Shown piece after piece: positions 1 to 9,050 of a stretch of 64,000 nucleotides of DNA. The notes below the pieces were generated by a model. That model made no database searches. It was not told the DNA's origin and was given only the letters and a program-made list of their open reading frames with translations. Location of the stretch: positions 146,135-210,134 of the forward strand of contig CBDBJR010000001.1 of NCBI GenBank assembly GCA_965206445.1, given 5' to 3'. Position 1 is the stretch's first letter; each line of letters opens with the position of its first letter. This stretch comes from Candidatus Poriferihabitaceae bacterium (GTDB lineage Bacteria > Pseudomonadota > Gammaproteobacteria > Arenicellales > Poriferihabitantaceae). Made by a program: the position numbers and the translations under genes.

Positions 1-1095
1 CAATATGCGGCTTGCCAATGCCGCGACGATGAATGGCGAATAAATGTTTTCTGGAAAACGAAGGCGCATCAAATACCCAGCATACGCATAATTTCCTGAT
101 TCCTCGTCAAAGTGAATTGTCGATCCAACTAGCGATCGACTGCCATTCGATCGAATCATTAACACGTCATGCTTCTTGAGTGAATACTGTTTCTTCTCAG
201 CTTTTGTGAGGTTCGTGTATTTCAAGTCCTCCGTGGACAATTTCCCGGTCGATACATTGGGAATTCGCAACACAGCAGTATTTTTTGACGAATCGTAAGA
301 GCATTTTTGAGCAGTTCCATATTGGAGAGAATGGAACAGACATCCCAATCGGCACCACTCCCAGCCCTTCGGAATCTCGAAGGGAATTTCTTCGGGGGTG
401 ATTTTGGGGAGGGATTTTTCTTTGCGGAGTTTCTTTTCGGCGATGAGGCGGGCTTTTTCGGCCTGGATGCGGTGGAGGAGCTGGCTGGCGGGTTCCACGT
501 CCGGGTGGGCGGCGCGCCAATCCTCCGTCAGCTTGCCCTGAATCGCCTCCTGCAGGATGGCTTGCTTGAGCTTGCTGAGGAGGGATTGCTGGTGGGTGAT
601 TTCGTGTTCAAGATTCGAGTGCTCCAAAGCACACGAATCCATGCGCTTGATGATTCGATCCTGCACATCCGGCTCAGGGATGGGTAGTTCAACCGCAAAT
701 AATGCTTCAGGCTGGATGCGTTTTGTGGCGGCACCGCGCGCAATTGAGACCAGAGATTTGTAGAAATCCCCCTGCTTTAGAAAATACTCCAGCCACTCGG
801 GGCTAAGGCCATCAGCCACATCAAAGGCAGGGAGATCAGAACTGCTTTCAAATCCATCCAATTCCTGCGGCACTACTCCAAATGCGCCTTTGTGAAGATT
901 TTGCTTTCCATAAATGAACTGCCCTGTTCTCCGCTTGAAATACCGCGTCGCACCCTCAGTTTCTGCAATCAATGGACGCTTTTCGATCCCCTCTGCGTTC
1001 AGCCGAACCCTGATGCGCCGTTCAGCGGAAGGGTCAGATGATTCGATTTTGCTCTCGTTGAGATAATCCCCAATGCGCTTTTGCGGCCAATTCAT
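1..1095 (-). CDS. hsdS: Type I restriction-modification specificity subunit HsdS (3' end runs off the left window edge)
   Basis: Absent from the ORF track because it has no stop in the window. I checked every minus-strand codon from 1095 to 1 and found no stop. The translation MNWPQKRIGDYLNESK... contains the HsdS central conserved region LLSKLKQAILQEAIQGKLTEDWR...LLHRIQAEKARLIAEKK...IPFEIPKGWEWCRLG. Its ATG (1093-1095) overlaps the hsdM stop as ATGA. Confidence 0.8.
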   Translation of the reverse strand, partial: MNWPQKRIGDYLNESKIESSDPSAERRIRVRLNAEGIEKRPLIAETEGATRYFKRRTGQFIYGKQNLHKGAFGVVPQELDGFESSSDLPAFDVADGLSPEWLEYFLKQGDFYKSLVSIARGAATKRIQPEALFAVELPIPEPDVQDRIIKRMDSCALEHSNLEHEITHQQSLLSKLKQAILQEAIQGKLTEDWRAAHPDVEPASQLLHRIQAEKARLIAEKKLRKEKSLPKITPEEIPFEIPKGWEWCRLGCLFHSLQYGTAQKCSYDSSKNTAVLRIPNVSTGKLSTEDLKYTNLTKAEKKQYSLKKHDVLMIRSNGSRSLVGSTIHFDEESGNYAYAGYLMRLRFPENIYSPFIVAALASRIL

Positions 1096-2525
1096 TTTAT
1101 AAGGGTCCGTAGAGTTTCCAAATGTTTGCGGGAACGATTAAAGCCTTGTTTGATCTGGTTCATGATTTCTGCGGCAGAGAGTTCCTGTGTATCCTCCTCC
1201 CGATGCGGATTCTTCACATCCAGATCAAACCCCTTCTTCAAATCCCCGACCTTCATCTTCCACGCAACTTCGCTTTCCTCGCGCTTGTTCCACCATTCGA
1301 TCATGGGCGCGAACTCGTCGAACCGGATGGCTTTGGTTTTGGAGTAGCTCTTCTGCCTCCCGGGCAGGCAGTGCTCGTAATACCAGATTTCTTTCGTCGG
1401 TGTGCCTTTATGGAAGAAGAGCAGGTTCGTGGAGACCGTGGCGGGAAAGAAGGTGGACTGCGGGAGGCGGACGATGGTGTGCAGGTTGCAGTCGGTGAGG
1501 AGTTTTTCACGGATGCGCTCCTTGTAGCCGTCGCCGGTGATGCAGCCGTCGGGCAGGACGATGGCGCAGCGGCCACCGGGCTTGAGCAGTTGGATCATGA
1601 GAATGATGAACAGGTCGGCAGATTCCCGGCAGCGGAAGGAGGCGGGGAAGTTGGTTTCGACGCCTTCGGCGATTCCTGCACCGAAGGGCGGATTGGCGAG
1701 GATGACTTCCACCTGTTGCCTGGGGCCGATGGAGTTGTATTCGGTCTTGAGACTGTCGAGGTAATGCCAGTCGGGCACGTCGAGGCCGTGGAGAATTAGA
1801 TTGGTGAGGCCGAGCACATAGGGGACAGGTTTGTACTCCCAGCCGTGAATCGAATTTTGGAGGATGGCCTCGTCGTCGAGGGTGTGGACTTCGTTATCAC
1901 GGATGTGGTCGATGGCGGCAGTGAGAAAGCCACCGGTTCCGGCGGCGGGGTCGAGCACCTTTTCTCCGAGCCTGGGCGCGGTCATCTGCGTCATGAGCCG
2001 GGTGATGGCGCGGGGCGTGTAGTATTCGCCCTTGTTCCCGGCGTCACGAAGTTCGATGAGGATCGATTCGTAAATCGTGCCGAAGATGTGGCGATCTTCC
2101 GAATTGTTGAAGTCGAAGCCGTTGAGTTGGTTGATGACTTTGCGCATCGCGAAGCCCGACTTCATGTAATTGTTCACTCCATCGAAAACTTCCCGAACGA
2201 TACCCGCGCGCTGCGGGGCTTTCAGAGCCTGTAGATTTGTGAGATGGATAAAGAGACCGTCGACAGGGTGGTTGATGAACAAAAGGAGTTCATCTCCGGT
2301 GATGCCCTCGGGGTCGGTTGCCCAGTTGCGCCACTGGAATTTCTCAGGGATGACGGAGGTATAGCCCTCGCGGATGAGTTCGAGTTCCTGGTCTTTCTCG
2401 TCGAGGATTTTCAGGAAGAGCATCCAGCCGAGTTGCTCAAGGCGCTGGGCGTCGCCGGAGATTCCGGGATCTTCGTCTCGCATGATGTTGCGGACATTTT
2501 TAACGATGGCAGAGATGTTGGGCAT
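1092..2525 (-). CDS. hsdM: Type I R-M N6-adenine DNA methyltransferase subunit HsdM
   Basis: 477 aa. SAM-binding motif VLDPAAGTGGFL and catalytic motif ILANPPFG. N-terminal HsdM-type region (RLEQLGWMLFLKILDEKD). Sits in operon order hsdR-hsdM-hsdS. Confidence 0.9.
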   Translation of the reverse strand: MPNISAIVKNVRNIMRDEDPGISGDAQRLEQLGWMLFLKILDEKDQELELIREGYTSVIPEKFQWRNWATDPEGITGDELLLFINHPVDGLFIHLTNLQALKAPQRAGIVREVFDGVNNYMKSGFAMRKVINQLNGFDFNNSEDRHIFGTIYESILIELRDAGNKGEYYTPRAITRLMTQMTAPRLGEKVLDPAAGTGGFLTAAIDHIRDNEVHTLDDEAILQNSIHGWEYKPVPYVLGLTNLILHGLDVPDWHYLDSLKTEYNSIGPRQQVEVILANPPFGAGIAEGVETNFPASFRCRESADLFIILMIQLLKPGGRCAIVLPDGCITGDGYKERIREKLLTDCNLHTIVRLPQSTFFPATVSTNLLFFHKGTPTKEIWYYEHCLPGRQKSYSKTKAIRFDEFAPMIEWWNKREESEVAWKMKVGDLKKGFDLDVKNPHREEDTQELSAAEIMNQIKQGFNRSRKHLETLRTLIK

Positions 2526-2537
2526 GGGATTCTAAGG

Positions 2538-4931
2538 TTAGGCGGCTTCGTAAAGGTGGGTGGTGAGTTCTTTGATGGCCTGGTCGTAGGCGGGTTTGCC
2601 GCCGAAGGCGCGGACGATCTCGGGCGCGGTACCGAGGCGTTTGATCGGGTCAAGGGTGATGATGGCGGGGTTTTCGAGGTCAAGCAGGCCGTCGTCGGCA
2701 TATTTTTCCAGCAGGCTATCGAGGACGGCGCGGGCGAGGTCGCCATACCGGGTGAAGTAGTTGCGCTTGCGCACGTTCTCGGCGCGCTCCCGGCGGGTCA
2801 GCGGTTTCTGCTCGAAGGCGACGTGGCAAATGAGATCAAAGGGATCGAAGTCGGAGCCGACTTCATCTTGCAGGGCGGCGAAGATGACGCCGCGGTTCTC
2901 CAATTCTTCGACGATGGCGCGCTTCTTTTCGGCGTCCCGCCATGAGGTGAGGAAAGAACCCAGCGAGGCGTAGCTCGTCCGGACGTTTTTGCGGGTGTAG
3001 TCGCGCAGGCTCTCGGTGATAATCCTGCCGTCACCGCCTATGTATTGGACGCGCTCCTTGATGATGGTTACCTCGACGCCGTTGACGATCACCTTGCGGC
3101 GTTTTGGCTTTTTGTCAGTGTCTTCGTCATCAATGGGGATGCCGAGGGTCTCCGGATCGGGAAATTCGATATAGTCGCCGGTGAGGTCGTCGATGACGGG
3201 GGTGTCATCGGTTTCCTCGTCGGTGTCGGAGAGATCGTCGTCCTTGCCGACTTCCTTCACGCGGACGGGATCGCCGTCGAAATCCTTGTCGGCGAAGAGT
3301 GCGGTGACATTTCGGAAATCCATGATGGTGAAGTAGTGCTTCCTGAAGTCTTCATTGATGCGGGTGCCGCGACCGATGATCTGCTTGAACTCGGTCATGG
3401 AGACGATGTTTGCGTCCAGAACAATGAGCTTGCAGGTCTGGGCGTCGACACCGGTGGTCATGAGCTTTGAAGTGGTGGCGATAACCGGGTAGATCTCGGA
3501 TGGGCTGATGAAGGCGTCGAGATGGCGTTTGCCTTCTTCGTTGTCTCCCGTAATCTGCATCACGTATTTGCTGTTTGCGGAGACAAGGTCGGCGTTGGCG
3601 TTGGCTAGTTCCTTGCGCATATCTTCGGCGTGTTCGATATCGACACAGAAGACGATGGTCTTGGAGAAGCGGCCGCTGCCCTTGAGGAACTCGGTGATCT
3701 TTTGCGCGACGCGCTGACGGCGTTCTTCGATAACGATGCGTCTGTCGAAATCGGTGCGGTTGTAGATGCGGTCTTCGACATCCTTGCCGTCCTTGTCCTT
3801 GAAGCCTTTCGGCGGGCGCCAGCCCTCAGGATCGATACCCAGAGTGACATTGAGGACCTCGTAGGGGGCGAGGAAGCCGTCGGCGATGCCCTGCTTGAGG
3901 GAATAGGTATAAAGCGGGTCGCCGAAATACTCGGAGCTGGAGACTTTTCTGGTTTCCTTGGGCGTGGCGGTAAGGCCGATGTGGGTGGCTCCGTTGAAGT
4001 ATTCGAGGATTTCGCGCCACTTGCTGTCTTCGCTGGCGCTGCCCCGATGGCACTCATCGACGATGACGAGATCGAAGAAGCTGGGGCTGAACTGCTTGTA
4101 GGCGTCGTTGTCGCTGTTATTGTTGCCGGAAAGGCCCTGGTAGAGCGCGAGGTAGATGTTGTAGGCGGTGTTGATCTGCCTGTGCTTGATGACGGTCATC
4201 GCGTCCTTGAAGTGGCGGAAGTCGCCCCGGACGGTCTGGTCTATGAGCACGGTGCGGTCGGCCAGAAACAGGATGCGCTTTTTCAGGCCACTCCGCCAAA
4301 GGCGGTAGATGATCTGAAAGGCGGCGTAGGTCTTGCCCGTGCCCGTCGCCATGACGAGGAGGTGGCGGTTGTGGCCTTCGTCTTTGGCGATGGTTTCGAC
4401 TGTACGGTTGATGGCGATCTGCTGGTAATAGCGGGGGGAGCGACCTGATCCGTCAATGAAGTATTCTTGAACCACCACCGGTTCGGCAGCGTCTGTGATG
4501 CCGTTGTGCGCCTTGTATTTTTCCCAGAGGGTTTCCGGGCTCGGAAAAGCGCCCAGGGCGAGCTCGGTTTCGATGGTGCCTGAAGTGATTGTGCGATCGT
4601 GAAAATGGAAGCCGTCGCCATTGCTGCTGAAGACAAACAGAATATCCAGCGTCCTGGCGTAGCCGAGTGCCTGCTGCATGCCGGCGCCAACTGTGTGATT
4701 GTTGTCTTTCGCCTCAACGACCGCGATAGGGATGTTGGGCTTATAGTAGAGAATGTAGTCGGCGCGCTTCTGCGCTCCGCGTGTGTGGAGTTTCTTTCGA
4801 ACGTAGATTCTGCCGTCAGTGAACCCAACTTCCTCGCGAATCTGGGTGTCTATATTCCATCCTGCCGCGACGATGTTGGGCGTGATGAACTTGGTGCAGA
4901 TGTCGCGTTCGCTGAGATCCTTTTTGTTCAT
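2538..4931 (-). CDS. hsdR: Type I restriction enzyme R subunit HsdR
   Basis: 797 aa. N-terminal PD-(D/E)xK-like ADYILYY...IAVVEAKD. SF2 motifs VMATGTGKT (I), VIVDECHRG (II) and GLTATP (III). Long C-terminal helical region typical of EcoEI-type R subunits. Confidence 0.9.
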   Translation of the reverse strand: MNKKDLSERDICTKFITPNIVAAGWNIDTQIREEVGFTDGRIYVRKKLHTRGAQKRADYILYYKPNIPIAVVEAKDNNHTVGAGMQQALGYARTLDILFVFSSNGDGFHFHDRTITSGTIETELALGAFPSPETLWEKYKAHNGITDAAEPVVVQEYFIDGSGRSPRYYQQIAINRTVETIAKDEGHNRHLLVMATGTGKTYAAFQIIYRLWRSGLKKRILFLADRTVLIDQTVRGDFRHFKDAMTVIKHRQINTAYNIYLALYQGLSGNNNSDNDAYKQFSPSFFDLVIVDECHRGSASEDSKWREILEYFNGATHIGLTATPKETRKVSSSEYFGDPLYTYSLKQGIADGFLAPYEVLNVTLGIDPEGWRPPKGFKDKDGKDVEDRIYNRTDFDRRIVIEERRQRVAQKITEFLKGSGRFSKTIVFCVDIEHAEDMRKELANANADLVSANSKYVMQITGDNEEGKRHLDAFISPSEIYPVIATTSKLMTTGVDAQTCKLIVLDANIVSMTEFKQIIGRGTRINEDFRKHYFTIMDFRNVTALFADKDFDGDPVRVKEVGKDDDLSDTDEETDDTPVIDDLTGDYIEFPDPETLGIPIDDEDTDKKPKRRKVIVNGVEVTIIKERVQYIGGDGRIITESLRDYTRKNVRTSYASLGSFLTSWRDAEKKRAIVEELENRGVIFAALQDEVGSDFDPFDLICHVAFEQKPLTRRERAENVRKRNYFTRYGDLARAVLDSLLEKYADDGLLDLENPAIITLDPIKRLGTAPEIVRAFGGKPAYDQAIKELTTHLYEAA

Positions 4932-5386
4932 GCGGCTGTCCTGAGAACCGGTTTGTCGTCTTCTTTCCAGTCGATGAGGGTGTCGGCGATGGAATACTTG
5001 TGCAGGCAGCTTTGTTCGTTCTCACAGCCAACGGTCTTGAAGCGGCCCTTGCCGTAGGCGGTCTTGTCCACCGGGGTGCTGGTGAAGCCGAGAAAGGTCA
5101 TATTCGGCAGACCGGCCATCAAGAAGTTGCCGAGGTTGCCGCCGGTGGTGCAGTAGGCTTCATCGATAAGGATATAGATGCTTGAACGTAAATTGAGATT
5201 CGCTGGCATGTCGCGGAACTTGTGGGTCATCGTCACGATGATGCCTTGGTAGTCATCTTTCAGTAGCTGGTTGATCCGGGTGATGCTGCTGGCGCAGAAC
5301 GAAGTGTTATGGAGAAATGATGCAGAATAAAATGGTACCAACCATAACTTATTCATTTTACATTCCTCTCCTTGTCTTTCGACCAC
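4928..5386 (-). pseudogene. Remnant of a second, different-family type I HsdR (internal fragment only)
   Basis: Keeps degenerate HsdR landmarks in the right order: GIIVTMTHKF (TIQKF-like), IYILIDEAY (DEAH degraded) and LPNMTFLGFTSTPV (GFTGTP degraded). Motif I and the whole C-terminal half are missing. Its stop overlaps the intact hsdR ATG as ATGA. Confidence 0.55.
4960..4991. repeat. Left copy of a 32-bp direct repeat (30/32 identical to 10143-10174)
   Basis: cttctttccagtcgatgagggtgtcggcgatg here versus cttccttccactcgatgagggtgtcggcgatg at 10143-10174. On the minus strand it encodes IADTLIDWKE versus IADTLIEWKE. The flanks show no similarity. Confidence 0.85.
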
Positions 5387-5530
5387 AATCGACTTGAAGT
5401 GTACTGAGTTTCATTGAGATCAGATTCGTTGTTTTCTTTGGATAGAGAATTCTGAAGCTGCCAAAGGACAGAGAAAACACCGTCCGAGAATAGGGTTGGT
5501 TTCATGGAGCGTGCTGACTGGGAGACTGAT

Positions 5531-5794
5531 TCACACGTAGACGCGAAGACATGAAGTCTTGAGGGTTGTTGACGATACGATTGTAGTCTTCCCTAAAGGT
5601 TGTGTCTCCGAAGCTGATGAGCCTGCCGACCCAGTTACTTGCGCCGTTTCGGCATCGACCTTCAGAGCGCTGACCACCTTCCTCCCGTCAACACCATCGA
5701 ATAGATGGCTATCATAAACAAGGAAACGAGGGGCGATCCCACGATTCGCACAAAGCCGCATGACTATCATGTCGAAGCCGGGTTCATCGTTCAT
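5531..5794 (-). other. Small ORF overlapping the helicase stop, apparently frameshifted (unknown function)
   Basis: ATG at 5792-5794 overlaps the helicase stop (ATGAACGATGA). It reads MNDEPGFDMIVMRLCANRGIAPRFLVYDSHLFDGVDGRKVVSALKVDAETA, then becomes low-complexity. A second frame continues plausibly (NWVGRLISFGDTTFREDYNRIVNNPQDF...). I recognise no family. Confidence 0.2.
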
Positions 5795-8700
5795 CGCCGG
5801 CGATGATCTTCCACACTTGTCTGTAGTCGCCTCCGGACAGCTGAGCATTTTCTGGGCGGGCGCGGTTCCAGGTCTCAATATCTGCGTCAGCAAGAAATTG
5901 GCGAGCCTTCTGGATTCCCGCTCCGCCTTCGCCTGCTGGTGCATTCTGCTGATAGTGCTTGCCCATGCGCTCTGCGATGGACCGCGGAACACCGTTCATG
6001 CGCATGAGCACACCTTCTTCAGTTTTTACCCCGTGATAGATCATCGCGGGCAGGAGATCGATCGACCGCTTCTGTTCAGGTGAGAGTGTCTCGAAATTAA
6101 TCCCAGACAATCGGCTCAGCGCCGAAAGACCCCATGTGCCGTTGTTGACGAGATTTCGGTAGATGGCGCGGCACGCCTTGGTGATTGCATTGGTGACATC
6201 TCCATTGGCCTGGAAATACGTGGTCGCAATTTCCTGAATACTCCTTCCCTCCACCCATGCTTTGGTGATCTGCGCAAGCCGGCGATTGTCAGTGCCAGGT
6301 GTCGTGAGCTCACCCAAATTACGTGCAAGCTGGGGGATGCGGAGCATGATCCCATAGAAATCGGCCATGCCATCGGTGTTGCCAAAAAGTCTCTCACCGG
6401 AAAAATCCTCCACCGTAACATCGCGTTCCAAGGACTGGAGGCCATGCAGGGCATTGCCGACACCCTCGAACGAGAAGCCCGTCATGTCCGCCATGGCCAC
6501 CCGACCGGGATTCTCCGAGATTTTCCGGGCGTACTGCTTGGTTGCTTCGAGCAGCTTTTGTGCGCGTGCACGACCAGCCGGATCTTCTTGCAGGACTCGG
6601 TAACCGTAAGTGTTGCGCAAAGACAGCTCCGCGCTTGATAGCACTTGCTCCAGATTGCCGATCTCATGGACCAGATGGTTCACGTAGCAGCGGAAATCCT
6701 CCCACTGCTCGTTTTGAATTACGGCTGCGAGTTCATCGGGAGATTCCGCGGCATCTAACTCGGCCACGACCGTAACCAAGCGAGAGACCAACTCGCCCGT
6801 GGCTTTTTTCACATATTCAACGATGTCGGCTGGACGGTTGGCTTCGGCGATGCCGACGACGCCCACGCTGTCTTGGTTCATCCGCCCGGCACGTCCTGCG
6901 AGGTTCCAGAACTCTCTCGGGTGCATCTCGACGTTGTATGGATACAGGTTGGTTGCCAAGAACACCGAGGACACCGGGAAGTTGATGCCCTGCGCAATCG
7001 TGGTCGTGGCGCATAACACGCGAAGGTCGCCCTCCTCCGCAAGCCACTCGACAAGCGTTCTCACCTCATCGGAAAGGGCTGCGTGATGTACCGCCACGCC
7101 GCGTGCAAGCATGCCGATCAATTCGAACTCGGGACTGATTTCGGACGCCAAAAACTTCTGCACAAGTTTAATCCGATAGGATGGCCCATCACTCTCAGGC
7201 AGCTTCTTCGCCGCTTCACGCGCCATCGACCACACCGCTGAGATTTTTCCCCCCACGGCGATACTCGTGCCGCGCGCCGAGAAAACGGTCGCCATTGCGG
7301 CTGCCTGGAGAGCGAATCCCTGCTGCTCTCCATTAGCCTTGATCAACTTGGATTTCGCCACATCGAGCGGCTTGACTCCGCCCACCGGATGCTGCCCCGC
7401 CAGATGGATTGTTCCCGGCGTGGTAACCAGCGTTTGATACCGCAGCTTCCATCCGGCTCTCTGGCTGGTATCGGCTTCGGCTCGGAACATTCCCACGATG
7501 CGTTCGTTGGGCTTCCAAACGCTGGTGCCGATACTGATCGAGCGGCCGCCCGTTGCGTCGTTGGCGAGCCATCGCGCCAGCGCATCCGCCCGCTCCACGA
7601 ATGGCATCAAGAGGAGGAAATTCGCTCGCGTGCTCTCCTGCTTGACGGTGGCCAGCAGCAGTTCGATGCGCATTCCACGCTGTTCGCTTTCCATATTGTG
7701 GGCCTCATCCAACACAAGTAATGCGAGCGGACGTGGCACCTTCTTGTTACGGATCACCAACTGGAGTTTCTCCGGTGTCGCCACCAACACATCAAAGCTG
7801 CGAGCGTCATCTTGCCTCGAGGCGGAGAGCATTTCATCTTCAATGGCGTCAATTTCCACCGCACCAGTCAGTTGCTCCACGCGGATGCCGACAGGAGTGA
7901 AATCCCGGCGCAGGCGTCGGGTGATCTGCGCGCTGAGGGCGCGGGTCGGTACCACATAGGCCACCCAGCCACCATCTTCGGCGAACTGGTTCAGCGCCTG
8001 CAGAATTCGGAACTGGGCCAGCAACGTCTTGCCGCCCGAGGTTGGCAGGTCGACAACCACAGCGGTCGCCGCCTGATCGAGCAGTCCCTGCTCCTGCAAT
8101 GCGGCTCGTTGCGGTGGGAGCAGCTCAAACATCGCCTGCTTCTTTGTTGTGGACCCAACGAAGCGTGTGACCCGTGAATTGATCCCGTGGGCGACCCACC
8201 AGAGGGAACCGGCGACCATCTGCCGGGAAGTGGCATGCAGCCAGCGCATGAGCACCTCGAGTTGGGCATCACCTCCGGCTGCGGCGGCATCCGTTGCCGC
8301 TTCGAAATGCTTGTCGAGCTGGGCATTGATGCCCCCTGGTTCGCCTTGAAGGACGTATTTGGCGAGTAGCTCGGTGGCCTTGGCCCAATTGTAGAAGGTG
8401 ATCAGCCGTAACGCCATTGCCCGGTCCTGCATGTTGGAACCGCTATCGAGCGATGTTTGCTCGAACTGCCGCTGGTCTTCACGCAATCCGGCTATCGTCT
8501 CATGAATACGGTCGAGGTCGTCCCAGCCTTTCTTTCGGAAGAGTCTCACCCAGCAATCGAACAAGCGATACAGCAGGCGATAATGCCAAGGTTGATCTGC
8601 CACAGAAGGTTCCGCGATGGATTCCGGGTTCTCCGTAAACCAACGCCGGATATCGGACCAGCGGTCACCGCAATACGCTAACCCCGCCAGATGAAGAACG

Positions 8701-9050
8701 TGAAAAATGCGCTCTTCGACTGGTTCAGGGACAGAAAACAGCCGGCGTAACTCAAACGTCCGCCAGGCGCCTGCGACGCACTGCTTGCGCAGGCCGTCCT
8801 CGGCAAGCGAAAGATTCAGGAAGGCAGGCAGACCTTCAATCGCGGCCATCTCGTAGGCGAGAGCGAGACGGCGGAGAAGATCCTGGTCGCTCGCCCGCTC
8901 TTCATAGGACAGGCGCATTTGCCCCCCAACCGCCTTCGCGACAAGGCGCGCATTGGCGACCTCGAGCCCGTGATCCCGTTCTTCGACACCGATGGCGAGC
9001 ACGGCCCAGTGGTCGTCCACGGAATCGATGGTTTTCTTGTTCAGACTCAT
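5784..9050 (-). CDS. Large SF2 (Ski2/Hel308-like DEAH) helicase, HamB-like candidate defence helicase
   Basis: Track ORF 5784..9182 trimmed to MSLNKKTIDS... because that ATG (9048-9050) overlaps the upstream gene's stop as ATGA. Motifs: DLPTSGGKT (I), LVLDEAHNM (II), GVAVHHAALS...VLCATTTIAQGINFP (V) and LAGRAGR (VI). About 350 aa of N-terminal helical region and about 330 aa of C-terminal region are unassigned. Confidence 0.8.
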   Translation of the reverse strand: MSLNKKTIDSVDDHWAVLAIGVEERDHGLEVANARLVAKAVGGQMRLSYEERASDQDLLRRLALAYEMAAIEGLPAFLNLSLAEDGLRKQCVAGAWRTFELRRLFSVPEPVEERIFHVLHLAGLAYCGDRWSDIRRWFTENPESIAEPSVADQPWHYRLLYRLFDCWVRLFRKKGWDDLDRIHETIAGLREDQRQFEQTSLDSGSNMQDRAMALRLITFYNWAKATELLAKYVLQGEPGGINAQLDKHFEAATDAAAAGGDAQLEVLMRWLHATSRQMVAGSLWWVAHGINSRVTRFVGSTTKKQAMFELLPPQRAALQEQGLLDQAATAVVVDLPTSGGKTLLAQFRILQALNQFAEDGGWVAYVVPTRALSAQITRRLRRDFTPVGIRVEQLTGAVEIDAIEDEMLSASRQDDARSFDVLVATPEKLQLVIRNKKVPRPLALLVLDEAHNMESEQRGMRIELLLATVKQESTRANFLLLMPFVERADALARWLANDATGGRSISIGTSVWKPNERIVGMFRAEADTSQRAGWKLRYQTLVTTPGTIHLAGQHPVGGVKPLDVAKSKLIKANGEQQGFALQAAAMATVFSARGTSIAVGGKISAVWSMAREAAKKLPESDGPSYRIKLVQKFLASEISPEFELIGMLARGVAVHHAALSDEVRTLVEWLAEEGDLRVLCATTTIAQGINFPVSSVFLATNLYPYNVEMHPREFWNLAGRAGRMNQDSVGVVGIAEANRPADIVEYVKKATGELVSRLVTVVAELDAAESPDELAAVIQNEQWEDFRCYVNHLVHEIGNLEQVLSSAELSLRNTYGYRVLQEDPAGRARAQKLLEATKQYARKISENPGRVAMADMTGFSFEGVGNALHGLQSLERDVTVEDFSGERLFGNTDGMADFYGIMLRIPQLARNLGELTTPGTDNRRLAQITKAWVEGRSIQEIATTYFQANGDVTNAITKACRAIYRNLVNNGTWGLSALSRLSGINFETLSPEQKRSIDLLPAMIYHGVKTEEGVLMRMNGVPRSIAERMGKHYQQNAPAGEGGAGIQKARQFLADADIETWNRARPENAQLSGGDYRQVWKIIAGDER

